From Dimorphilus gyrociliatus (Eukaryota > Animalia > Annelida): a DNA stretch of 64,000 nucleotides. Every line of letters begins with the position of its first letter. The first letter of the stretch is position 1. The notes below the pieces were generated by a model. The model did no database searches. It had not been told where the DNA came from and was given only the letters and a program-made list of their open reading frames with translations. Both the position numbers and the translations under genes were made by a program. The DNA lies in assembly GCA_904063045.1 (NCBI GenBank), contig CAJFCJ010000006.1:2780946-2844945 (forward strand). Direction: 5' to 3'. This document shows, one piece after another, positions 12,506 through 24,200 of this stretch.

Positions 12506-14170
12506 AATCTATGATAAATATTGAGCATTTTACGATTTAAAGCTATCTAACCAAATTCAGTTGGTGAAATGAAAATTTTTTTAGCTTCTCAATACATCAG
12601 GGTAATGACCTGTTTGAGGAGAGCTATAAGGGTATCTAAAGACTATGAATATTAATTGTTTACAAATAACTATAGCAACACTATTGAACTGAAATATAGA
12701 AGTTTTTATAATGAAAAAAAAAGAGGAAAGAGAAGAAAATTACTTCTATTCTTATACTTTCATTAACGCAATAATGTCTTAAAAAGCTTCCTTGGCTATT
12801 TTCTATCAAAACCTGTTAAAGTCTTATACGTATAATTTGAATAAATTATGAATAATATGTATGTGTTCGTGAAAAAAAGATGCAAAACTAAAATTAATAC
12901 AAAAAAACGTTAATCCAATTGTTAAAAGGTGATAAACCTGTCTTATTTTTTTTTGCTGTTCCAGTTTTGGCTATTGGTGACAGTGGCCTCTTTCTTTTCA
13001 TTGATTGGTGTTAATGTACTATAGAGTTTTGCTCCCAATTTTTGTTTATAGTCTTATACGATTAGACTGCAATTAATTATAATTAAACATATACTGGCTG
13101 CTTAATTATAGTATTGATACTTTTGAAATCAGTCGGTACTGTAATTCGCAAATTCAGATTGTTTCCTGCTTATGTGTTTTGTATTATTAATATAAATTAA
13201 TCTTGATACAGGACAGTATAAGATTTCCAATTGAATATCTTAATTCTTAGCATAGCTTTGCTATTATTTAAGAAATATAACTAACTACCATATTGATGAG
13301 TTTCTACAAATAAATATAGAAGGATGTTTAATAGAGAATATGACATAAAATAGATTCGACGTCACAATATGAGAGAAAAAAACCATAGCTCAATAAGGTC
13401 TATTGAAGTTTATGTTTAGCGATTAATCGATTGTTGATAGTAATTTTATTAAATTCTCTTGCTGCCCAGTGAGATTGACTGCTTTGGGGACATTCTTTGT
13501 GAATGTAATCGATCTCTTAACAGCTCTTGATACAATAGATACTCTCACATCCAAGTCCTATAGTGGTCTTATTTCTGTCCAGATTAATAATCAATGAGAA
13601 ATGAGGATATTAAAAGATAAATAAATGATATCCTTCCTTTTGTATTGACAAAGGAGAGCGAGAATATAGTAAACGATATACTTGTCCCGTCAATTTAATC
13701 TATTGAGTGCATACTAAAATTAGAATTTCTTCCCTTAATGAGCGTTTAGTTTGTATCGAATCCTGTTTTATTGTGATATAGCTTGTTTATAATGAAAGCT
13801 TTCAATCTTAAAGTTGAAGTTATTAAACGGTTCAATAATTCAGTAGATCGTTACATCATCCGTTCATAAATGTTGCAACTTGTTTGATTAGTTTCATAGA
13901 TAAATTCCTATGGAGAAAACTTATGTTTCTCTGTTGGAACATATTTAAAAGGCTATTGGAAAACATTACACTAAACCATTTTTTCAACGAAACTTGACAT
14001 AGAAAAACAAGTAAAAGCAACATGGAAATATAGATAAGGCTAATTAAATTTACATTTCCTGATTTCCTTTCAGATGGAGACGTCTAAAAAAACATACAAC
14101 AGCAAATCATATTATTCTAACCCTCAAATAACACGAACAATATATAAAAGTATCCCTTAATGAAAAGTTT

Positions 14171-15249
14171 TTAACCGCTGCTTTTTCCGGAGCTTGAAGA
14201 ACTAGAGCTCGAACTCGAACTGCTACTTCTTCTTCTCCTTGGCGATCTCGATCTTCGTCTAGGAGGAGAACGTCGAGGGCTTCTTCGCCTCGGTGGAGAA
14301 CGTCTGGGTGGAGATCTTCTGGGTGAACGGTCTCTTCTTGGCGAACCTCGTCCATATCTTGGAGGACTTCTACGCCACTCGCCTCTGGAAGGAGGTAAGC
14401 CTCGACGAGGGGGCGAAAATCGCCTTGGAGGACGTAAAAGAGATTGTCGAGCAGGATATACAGTTGCAACGCTTATTTCCTGTCCATCTATTTGGCCAGC
14501 ATCCATGTATTTAACGGCCTTGGCCGCATCATCAGAATGTTCATATTCGACATAAGCGAACCCTGTTAAAAACATTCGAAAATACAGAAATTGTTCAATT
14601 GATTGATCGAAAATAATAGATAAAAGTACTAGTAAAATCACTTTAAAAGCATAATGACTATTGTTTGATTGGTAATTTTCAGCAATACCAACTTTTATCC
14701 TTCCCTGGCTAATAATTTTTTGTTAAAATCCTGATTCAACTATTTTAATAGCAAAAATCTGTTAAGAACTCACCTCTTGAGAATTCAGGATGAACCCTAT
14801 CACCCAGAATTTCTACGCTCTTGATTGTTCCATATACACTAAAAATCTCAATAACATGCTCTTTGTTAACATTTCTAGTTAGCCTCCCAATATGAATTTT
14901 AGTTGGCTTTGGAGTAGGGCTTCTACGTCTTCTTCTTGGAGACGCAGAACGAGATCGCTTACGTCTTCCCCCGTCTGACGAAGATGAAGATCTGGAACTT
15001 GAGGAAGATGATGAAGACGACGAACTGTTTGACGAAGAGCTGAATAATAACAATTACAATAAACTGTATTATTAACTTTTCTGTGAGAAGTATAATCATA
15101 CACTTACCTCCCACTGGAGGATCCTCTGCGTCTTGATCTGGACTTATCTTTACTACGACTCCTTCCCCTAAAAATTTTTTTATACACTTGTTAAAAAATT
15201 GGAGATTTTCACTAGTTTTACTCTTTCAATTAATATCTACTACGTACAT
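14171..15249 (-). CDS. RNPS1: RNA-binding protein with serine-rich domain 1 (EJC/ASAP component)
   Basis: Ser-rich N-terminus and RRM PTKIHIGRLTRNVNKEHVIEIFSVYG...SRG|FAYVEYEHSDDAAKAVKYMDAGQIDGQEI, followed by an RS/P tail. The start codon is predicted as AT|G split by intron 15168-15247. Confidence 0.93.
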
Positions 15250-15703
15250 CAACGGTTTTTATCATATTAAAGCTAGATTTTACCAAAGGGACGGTAAAAT
15301 AAATACAATTTAAAAAAATCTTAACGTAAATAAAACGATGTCACATTTTAGTGATCAGACGCTACTATAGCCATAAAATTGCAAAATCGGGTACAATTTG
15401 AAATGATTAACAGCTTATCCTTATAAAACTTAACTTAATGTTGTAAAAGTGGTAATATTAGCAGATATAACTTACATTCTTTCAGCCGGCTTATTTTACA
15501 AAAAACAAAACAACCGGAAACGGAAACCAAAAGTGATACTAAAAAATAAATAAGCTAACTTCATAATAATTTTAAAAATCTATTTTAATTCTTCTGTATC
15601 AAAATTAATTAGCTATTAATTAAAGAAGCAATTATTAAAAAATTTACGGAGATAATGTATTGAGGCTTGAGTCCTAAAGGTGAAAGCTTCACTCTTCGTC
15701 AAA

Positions 15704-18700
15704 ATGGCGTCAAAGGTGATAGGCAAGAGCAAAGAGGTGATTGTTTTATCTTTATCTTATCATATTTTTCTTCGAATCAGATCGCGATAAGATTAACTTC
15801 CTAGTTTATTTTATATCATTTATGATTTTTGTGAAATCATTTCGTGAAATGGGCGTGTTTATTGAATTTGATTTTCGGAATAGAGTATCTGGGTTACGGT
15901 CAGGTATGCCGAATGCCCTTGAATTAGAAAATGCGATTTTTCTTGATGAATCTTTGATTTTTTTGTTTAAACTTGCTATCTGAAGTTGCTTATATATAAT
16001 AAATCATTGATTCAGGATGAGAAGCGTGCCGATTCCTATCGATATGCTACTCAACCACAATCCGAGAATGATAACGGCCACGCCAAGAAGGATATGCGTA
16101 AGAAGAAGAAGAAGAAGAAGGAAGATCTGGATGATTTGAAGCAGGAGTTGGAAATGGTGAGTCTTAATTATTTTTATTAATCAGAGTTGCATTATTCATA
16201 ATTTCCGCTGTAGGACGAACATCAAGTTCCAATTGAAGAGTTGTTCGAAAGATACCAAACCAATCCGAAAACTGTAAGTTCATATCTTTACTACGATTAG
16301 ATGATCTTTACATTAGCCAATCTTTCTAAAAGGGATTGACTCCTGAAAAAGCTAGACAAATCTTGGAGCGTGATGGGCCGAATGAGTTAACACCACCTAA
16401 GACTACGCCTGAGTGGGTAAAATTTTGCAAACAATTGTTTGGCGGTTTCTCTATGCTGCTTTGGATCGGAGCTATTCTATGCTTTGTAGCGTACTCGATC
16501 CAAGCTTCGACTTCTGAAGACCCACCAGGCGATAACTTATACCTTGGAATTGTACTGACAGCTGTTGTAGTTGTCACAGGATGTTTTTCTTATTATCAGG
16601 AGGCAAAATCTTCAAGAATCATGGACTCATTCAAAAATATGGTTCCCCAGTATGCTATTGTTGTCCGTAACGGTGAATCGCTTAATGTACATGCGGAAGA
16701 ACTGGTTGTTGGTGATATTATCGAAGTAAAGTTTGGTGATCGCGTACCGGCCGATATTAGAATTATTTCCGCACATGGATTCAAAGTTGATAACTCTTCT
16801 TTGACTGGTGAATCGGAACCACAATCAAGATCTGCCGACTGCACAAGTGAAAATCCATTGGAAACAAGAAATTTGGCTTTCTTTTCTACTAATGCTGTGG
16901 AAGGAACTGCTCGTGGACTCATTGTACAAACTGGTGATAGAACTGTTATGGGTAGAATTGCTAACTTGGCTTCAGGTTTGGAGATGGGAGAGACTCCAAT
17001 TGCAAAAGAAATTGCACATTTTATCCATATTATCACCGCTGTAGCTGTCTTTTTGGGAGTTTCGTTTTTCATCATCGCTCGTATCCTTGGATACAGCTGG
17101 CTAGAGGCTGTTATATTTTTGATCGGTATTATCGTAGCTAACGTACCTGAAGGGCTGCTAGCTACTGTAACCGTTTGTTTGACTCTGACGGCTAAGAGAA
17201 TGGCTAGCAAGAATTGTCTCGTTAAAAACTTGGAAGCCGTGGAAACTTTGGGATCTACATCAACAATCTGTTCCGATAAGACCGGTACATTAACCCAAAA
17301 TAGAATGACCGTCGCACACATGTGGTTTGACAACAAAATTGTTTCATCTGATACGTCCGAAGAACAGAGTAATGGATCTTACAATACTGATTCTCCCACG
17401 TGGATGGCCTTGGCTAGAGTTGCTATGTTATGTAACAGAGCAAATTTCAAACCTGGTCAAGATGATATTCCTGTTCTAAAACGAGAATGTAATGGTGATG
17501 CTTCAGAATCGGCCTTGTTAAAATGCGTTGAGTTATCTATTGGACAAGTATCTCAATATAGAGAAAAAAACAAAAAAATCTGTGAAATCCCATTCAATTC
17601 GACTAATAAATATCAAGTTTCTATTCACGAAACTGATAATCCTGAGGACAGACGCTACTTAGTTGTTATGAAAGGTGCACCTGAAAGAATTCTCGATAGA
17701 TGTAGCACTATTTTTATCAATAATGAGGAAAAACCTTTAACTGACGAGTGGCGAGAATCATTTAATCAAGCATATTTGGAATTGGGAGGTCTCGGTGAAA
17801 GAGTCTTGGGATTCTGCGACTACTTTTTGCCCCTTGACCAATATCCTGAAGGCTATAAATTTGATTCTGATGAAGAAAATTTCCCCCTTACTGGTCTAAG
17901 ATTTGTCGGTCTAATGTCTATGATTGATCCCCCAAGAGCCGCTGTTCCTGATGCTGTAGCAAAATGTAGATCAGCCGGTATTAAAGTTATTATGGTAACC
18001 GGAGATCATCCTATCACTGCCAAAGCTATTGCAAGAGGTGTTGGTATCATTTCTGAAGGAAAAGAAACTGTTGAAGATATTGCTGAGCGTCTTCATGTTA
18101 CTGTCGGCGAGGTTAATCCTAGAGATGCTGAAGCATGTGTCGTACACGGTTCTGACCTAAGAGATATGGTTCCCGCCCAAATTGATGAAATCTTACAAAA
18201 TCATTCTGAAATCGTATTTGCTAGAACTTCACCCCAACAAAAACTTATTATTGTTGAAGGTTGTCAAAGACAGGGACAAATTGTAGCTGTTACCGGTGAT
18301 GGAGTTAATGATTCTCCAGCTTTGAAGAAGGCTGACATTGGTGTTGCTATGGGCATTGCCGGTTCAGACGTTTCAAAGCAAGCTGCCGATATGATTCTCT
18401 TAGACGATAATTTTGCTTCAATTGTCACTGGCGTGGAAGAAGGCCGTTTGATTTTTGATAATTTAAAGAAGAGTATCGCCTACACTCTGACGTCTAATAT
18501 TCCTGAAATTTCACCCTTTCTTATGTTTATCTTATTAGATATTCCACTACCCCTTGGAACAATCACCATTTTGTGTATCGATTTGGGTACTGATTTGGTT
18601 CCCGCTATCTCATTGGCATACGAACAAGCTGAATCTGACATCATGAAAAGAAAGCCGCGTGACCCCGTTAACGATAAGTTGGTAAATTATAGATTGATCA

Positions 18701-19221
18701 GTATGGCCTATGGTCAAATCGGTATGATGCAAGCTGCTGCTGGTTTTTTCGTATATTTTGTAATCCTTTGCGAAATGGGATTCTGGCCAACCAGATTATT
18801 TGGCATTCGTGAAGAATGGGATTCAAGAGCCATTAACAACCTGGAAGATTCTTACGGTCAACAGTGGACTTATGCACAGAGAAAAGTTATTGAGTTTACA
18901 TGTCATACCAGCTTTTTCGTGTCAATTGTTATAGTACAATGGGCAGATCTGTGTATCTGTAAGACTAGAAGAAATTCCATTGTTCACCAGGGTATGTTTA
19001 ATAAGCACTTAACCTTTGGTTTGTTCTTTGAAACGACTCTGGCTGCTTTCTTGGCCTATTGTCCCGGTTTGGACAAGGGCTTAAGAATGTACCCTCTCAG
19101 ATGGACATGGTGGATACCTCCACTTCCCTTCTCTCTCTTAATTTTCATTTATGATGAAGTTCGTAAGTACTTGCTCCGCAAGTTTCCAAAAAGTTGGATA
19201 GAAGAGGAGACCTATTACTAG
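15704..19221 (+). CDS. ATP1A: Na+/K+-transporting ATPase alpha subunit
   Basis: Exons read MASK | [11 protein letters not shown]...DDLKQELEM | [10 protein letters not shown]...NPKT | GLTPEKA..., the last being one exon at 16333-19221. Motifs [19 protein letters not shown] and GDGVND are present, and the C-terminus is EEETYY. Confidence 0.98.
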
Positions 19222-19629
19222 AAAGTCATCAAACGAAAATCTTTCTTCGAAATTAATATTGTATTAGTGTTTTATTTCTGTAATAACACAAAACGTGTTT
19301 TTTGGTCAGTTAACGCTTTTAATTTTTAGGTAAAATGTCTACTGTTATATTTTTTTTTGGCTTGTGCTTTCCAGCAGCTAAAGTAGATTTTTTGTTATTT
19401 TGGCAATAAATTTTATTTTATCCTTAATAAAGCACCAATACATTTGATCTTAATAAATTTAATTTAGTACATTGAATTTGTTGATTGAATTTTTTAAATT
19501 TTGACGCTTTAACCAACTAAGGCCTAGTTACTTTTCGATATAAGTCGATTTTTTTTTGAATGTATATCGATACGGACAATTATCGCTCAATGAAGTGAGC
19601 GATAATAAAGGAACAACTTCAGAGCCACA

Positions 19630-21092
19630 ATGTTGTATTTAGAAGATTATTTAGAGAGTAAGATAGAATTTTGATAAGATAAATACCAAATATAAATATC
19701 TAATTTTTAATATAGTGATTGAAAATCTTCCCATGGAGATGAGAGATAGATTTACCGAAACCAGAGAACTAGATCTTCAAGTTCAAAGCTAGTTAAAATT
19801 AGGCATTCACGAATCGCTTTCTAATTTTTTATTTTCTCTAAATCCTTATAGATCTGATAGATAATTTAAATGAGAAGGAGCGACAATTTTTTAGGAAATT
19901 AGAAGTGGCGGGAGATACTGTTAGGCCAGAATGGAAAGAAGAACAATTTAACAAAATAAAACAAGTAACTCTCTAAAATAATTCATAAAAACTACTTATA
20001 ACCAATTGTCAATGATTGTAAAAAAAACAAACAATTTTTCTAATAGTAAAGCGTTTTTAATTAAGTTTTTTTCAATTTTCAGGAATATACCAGTGCTTTA
20101 GAATTTGCTGAAGAAAAAGTTCAAATTGTTTCCCAAGTATCCGATTTAGTAAGTATCTAAAATTTTAACATTAAAATTGTCTATTAATCTCTAAAATTAT
20201 TCATAATAACTGAAATTTGAAAAATTAGATTGAAAGACATCTTCGAAAATTGGATATGGAGCTCGAAAAATTTAAAATGGAGCTTGAAGCTGATAATCCT
20301 GGTATTACCGCTATATTAGAGAAAAGGTCACTCGAATTAGATACTGGCGATAAACAGAATGGGAAACTCTCAGAAAATCTTTTGAAAAGTATTTTTCTGA
20401 TTCTAAAAATATAAATCATTTACATGAAATTTGTAAAACTTTTAGAGAGAAAGCACTCCCAAGCAACTTCTATATCAGGTTCGGCAGGCGGTATTACCGT
20501 TCAGCATGATGCTAAACAAAACTTAAATCGAGGAATGTCATCTACGTTATATCCTACTCCGTCAAACGACCCACGGTCGTCCAAATCAGAAGTTCTCACT
20601 TCCTTAATAAATTCTAGCTCTTCGTATGGCTCTCAGAGTACCGCTAAAACACCTTTCGTTGCTGCCGCTCAAAAAGCAATAGCTCTAACATCAGAAACAT
20701 CTACTGGTAGGAGGACATCCAGCCTCAAAGCATCCTATGAAGGATTGGTAAAGGGTAATGTTGGTATATCTCAAAGCCCCCCTCCCAACGTCGTCAGCAC
20801 ATCAGTTCCGAGTCCAGGCAGTTTTCAGAGAAAACCGAAAAAAGCGCGTACGTTTGGAGGAAAGCCAATGGAAGGCTCTCTTCCAGTTTCCACTGAATGG
20901 GGATTGGATCCTAATGAGCCTAGATATTGTTTATGCAATGAAGTATCTCATGGTGAAATGGTTGGCTGTGATAATGAGAACTGTTCAATAGAGTGGTTTC
21001 ATTATGCATGTGTAAATTTAAGTACGGCTCCCAAGGGCAAATGGTATTGTCCTCAATGTACCAATTTGAAAAAAAGAGGAAGAAAAAACTGA
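19630..21092 (+). CDS. ING3: Inhibitor of growth protein 3 (NuA4/TIP60 subunit, PHD finger)
   Basis: The N-terminus [34 protein letters not shown] is ING3-diagnostic. Also [35 protein letters not shown], and the C-terminal [39 protein letters not shown]. Confidence 0.95.
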
Positions 21093-21248
21093 TATTCAGA
21101 TATTTTTTCTATATTTTCATTACACTCTGCAAACCAAACGGTTATTTAGAAAACCAAAAAGTTTCTCTTTTTTTTTACCAGATAATATTTTTATTGGTAA
21201 AATACACATAGGAACTTGTGACTATGTTAACTGCCAGCTTCGAAATAT

Positions 21249-24200
21249 TCATATGCTATTGTTTTCTTCATGTTTTGCGTCTTCGTGAGCAGCACTAATT
21301 TGCTGCAAAGAGCAACTTCTGATGATTGACCTCATCCTTGAAAAAAAACAAAAATATTGAATGTTTTTGAAAATCATAGTTATAATTTTTTTGGCTCTAA
21401 CTTACTCTTCGTTCTTTCTGACTTTGTAGAATTTGTCTGCATATCCTGTTCTGCCGAGTAACTCTATGAAATCTTCATCGTGTGTGATAATTACGAGCTG
21501 AAAGTTTCTTTGACTAGCTCTTGTTCGTATAATTCTGGAAATAAAATTAAACTAAGATAAATATGTCAAATAATTCTACTTAGGTATACTCGTTTAGAGC
21601 GGATGCTAGAGCTTCAATGTTTTCCCGATCTAAATTCGTCGTTGGTTCATCCAGGGCTAAAATTCCGCAGTTAATACAAAAAGTTTCAGCCAACGCAAGA
21701 CGAATGATTAGACTCGCTAAAACTTTTTGCCCGGCGCTGCAACGTCCTCTCATATCAACTCTCGTATCTCCCTTAATCATAACGACTCTGTAATTGTATT
21801 GCTTTCTCTTATCTGAGCTGGATTCATGTTCGCTACAAATTTCAATTCTGTCAATATCTTGTCCAGCGTAAGTGTTAGCCCATAATTCAGCCAGAATTCT
21901 GTTAATTTCTTTCATTTTAGTGTCATGATAAGTTAATATAGCAGCGTCTAAAGCAAGTTGATAATTTTTGAGATCATCAAGAACAACATCATGCAACTGA
22001 AAAGATTATTGATTTAGCAATAGATATGAAATACATAGTACGATTGAAAATAACTTCGAATCTAATTGACTTCTCTTTATAATCATTATCAACATTTTTG
22101 TATTCAGGGCTTTGTAGTCTTTTCTTTAAGGATTTTATTAAATTTTCCATCTCTCCCAATGATCCGTGCAATCTTGTAATCTGATATATTGTTGTATTAG
22201 TAATTTGTAAAATTACGCTGAAAAAAGTTTTAGTGAACCTCCTGTTGCAGTTGGTTTAATTTTTTGCCTTTTTCTTCAATAACTTTTTGTAATTCGCTTG
22301 CATTTAGAAAACCAACTTCTTTCTTAATATTTTCTAATTCTTTTTCAGCCATTTTACAGTCATTTTTTAAGCTAAGTAACTTAATATTGTCCCGCAAATT
22401 TCTTTCGTCAATCTGTAAAAGCAAATTTAAACGCAAATGAAATAACTATTTAAAATAGAAACTGGTAAAAAATAGCAGCAAACCTCTTGTGTGGCCAACT
22501 CGTCTTTAATCATTTCATGTTCTTCTTGCGTATTTTTTAAATCATTTTTTTGCTTTGAAATCTTAGACTCTATGATCTTGATCTCTTGTTTTGCTTTTAG
22601 TAGATGATCTTTTTTGTTAGATTCTATGTATCTGTGAATATTAGGCTGATAGCAGAATAGCTTCAATCATAGAAAAAATATTACTTGTCTATAGTGGATA
22701 CTTGAGCTTTGAATTCTTTTTGGTCCGATCTTAACTTCTCTAAATCATTACGTAATACTAGTAAATTATTTTCTCCTTCTTGCTGACGCAGCTTTTTCTG
22801 ACTAAGTAGTTTTTCAATTTCTTGATCAATTGGTGCCAATTTATCGAGATTGGACTATAAATATATTTATAGACTTTATGGTTAAATTAATAAAAAAAAG
22901 TTGAAAAAGGTACTTGAATATTTTTTTCAAACTTGGCCATATTTTCCTCCATATCTTTGCATTTTTCTCTGAGATTATGAGCTTGTTGTAGTTCACTTTG
23001 TATTTGAACCTTTAGTAATCTAATCAATTAGAATTTTATGATTGTATCTTATAATGTACAAACTTGTTCACTCTGTAATTTCATTAGTTTATCATTCATT
23101 TGATGTTGTTTTTCATATTGCTTGTGGTATTTTTGTTCTAACATTTCCAATTCCATGCTCAAACGATCACTTTTATTTTAAGAAAAATAAGCAATTATAT
23201 TAGGATTTTATGGAAAGAAGTATAGATATTATATCCACCTTTCAGACTCCAATTCATTCTTTTCGTTTTTCACCTCTTCAATAGACCTACCAACAGCTAA
23301 AATTTTTCAATTAGGAGTGTATTCACGTTAAAGAACGGTACTTACAAGAGTGTGGTAGACTCATCTGCTTGTTCATTAAATCCCTCTTAAGTTTGTCCAC
23401 TTCCTTTGCACTATTATCAATTGTTGTTAAATCTCCAATACATCTTTGGGCGTTAGCAGTTTTTTTCAATAGTTCATTTAGCTCCTCTTCTCGCTTGAAT
23501 GGAAAAAATTTACTGCCGTTTTTGTATTGAAAATTAACTCTACTACTTCTGATATTTCTTGTTGTTGATTCATGGTATCTTGTTCCATTTCTTTTATCTT
23601 CTTACGTACCTCAGGTAAAGAAGATTGAGCCTTTAAAATCTGAGTTTAACAGTTGTAGTAATGTAATTACCGTTTATGCCGTTATTTAACGTTACCATTT
23701 CTTGTAGAGGACGAAGGTTATAAAGTTTCTCTAACTTTTCTTGTTCTTTATTCTTAATAGTCTCCTCTTTCTTTAGTAACTCTGGTGCTTCGGCCATTTT
23801 TTCTTGTAGCTACAGGATATTTCATGTTTTCTTAATTCTTAATAATCAATTAGGATCAATCTTAACTTACATCTTTTGCAATATCTTCGGCCTCACCTCT
23901 TGACTCAAAATTTCTTTTACAGACAGGACATGGATCGTTATTCTTTAGCTTTTTAACATAAGTTTGAAATAAGCGACCAGAGGCTTCAATCATTCCACGT
24001 CGACTATTGACAAATAAGGGTTATTCTGGTAGAAAAGTTTTGATGTTTAAATACTAACCTCTCGATCGTCTCGATACTTTCTTTAGCTTCATTGATGACT
24101 CTTTCCAAATCGACATCTTCACAACCAGTAACTTCTGTAATTTTCTTTTTCGCGTCTGAAGGAAGATAAGTTTGGTTATTACAAAAGAATTACATATAGT

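Noticed and set aside
12520-14100. Splice-like signals and short frames upstream of the oxidase gene
   Set aside because: I could not assemble a consistent ORF. This is probably oxidase 5' UTR exons and the RNPS1 3' UTR.
16480-16545. Possible cardiotonic-steroid resistance substitutions in the Na/K-ATPase H1-H2 loop
   Set aside because: The loop [12 protein letters not shown] keeps the Q111 and N122 equivalents, which is the ordinary sensitive state.
16326-17336. Antisense and alternate-frame ORFs (up to 246 aa) over the Na/K-ATPase, and similar shadows over ERMP1, MTRR, beta-catenin and MRPL24
   Set aside because: They overlap strongly conserved coding exons, often start at TTG/GTG and have no recognisable motifs, so they are codon-bias shadows.
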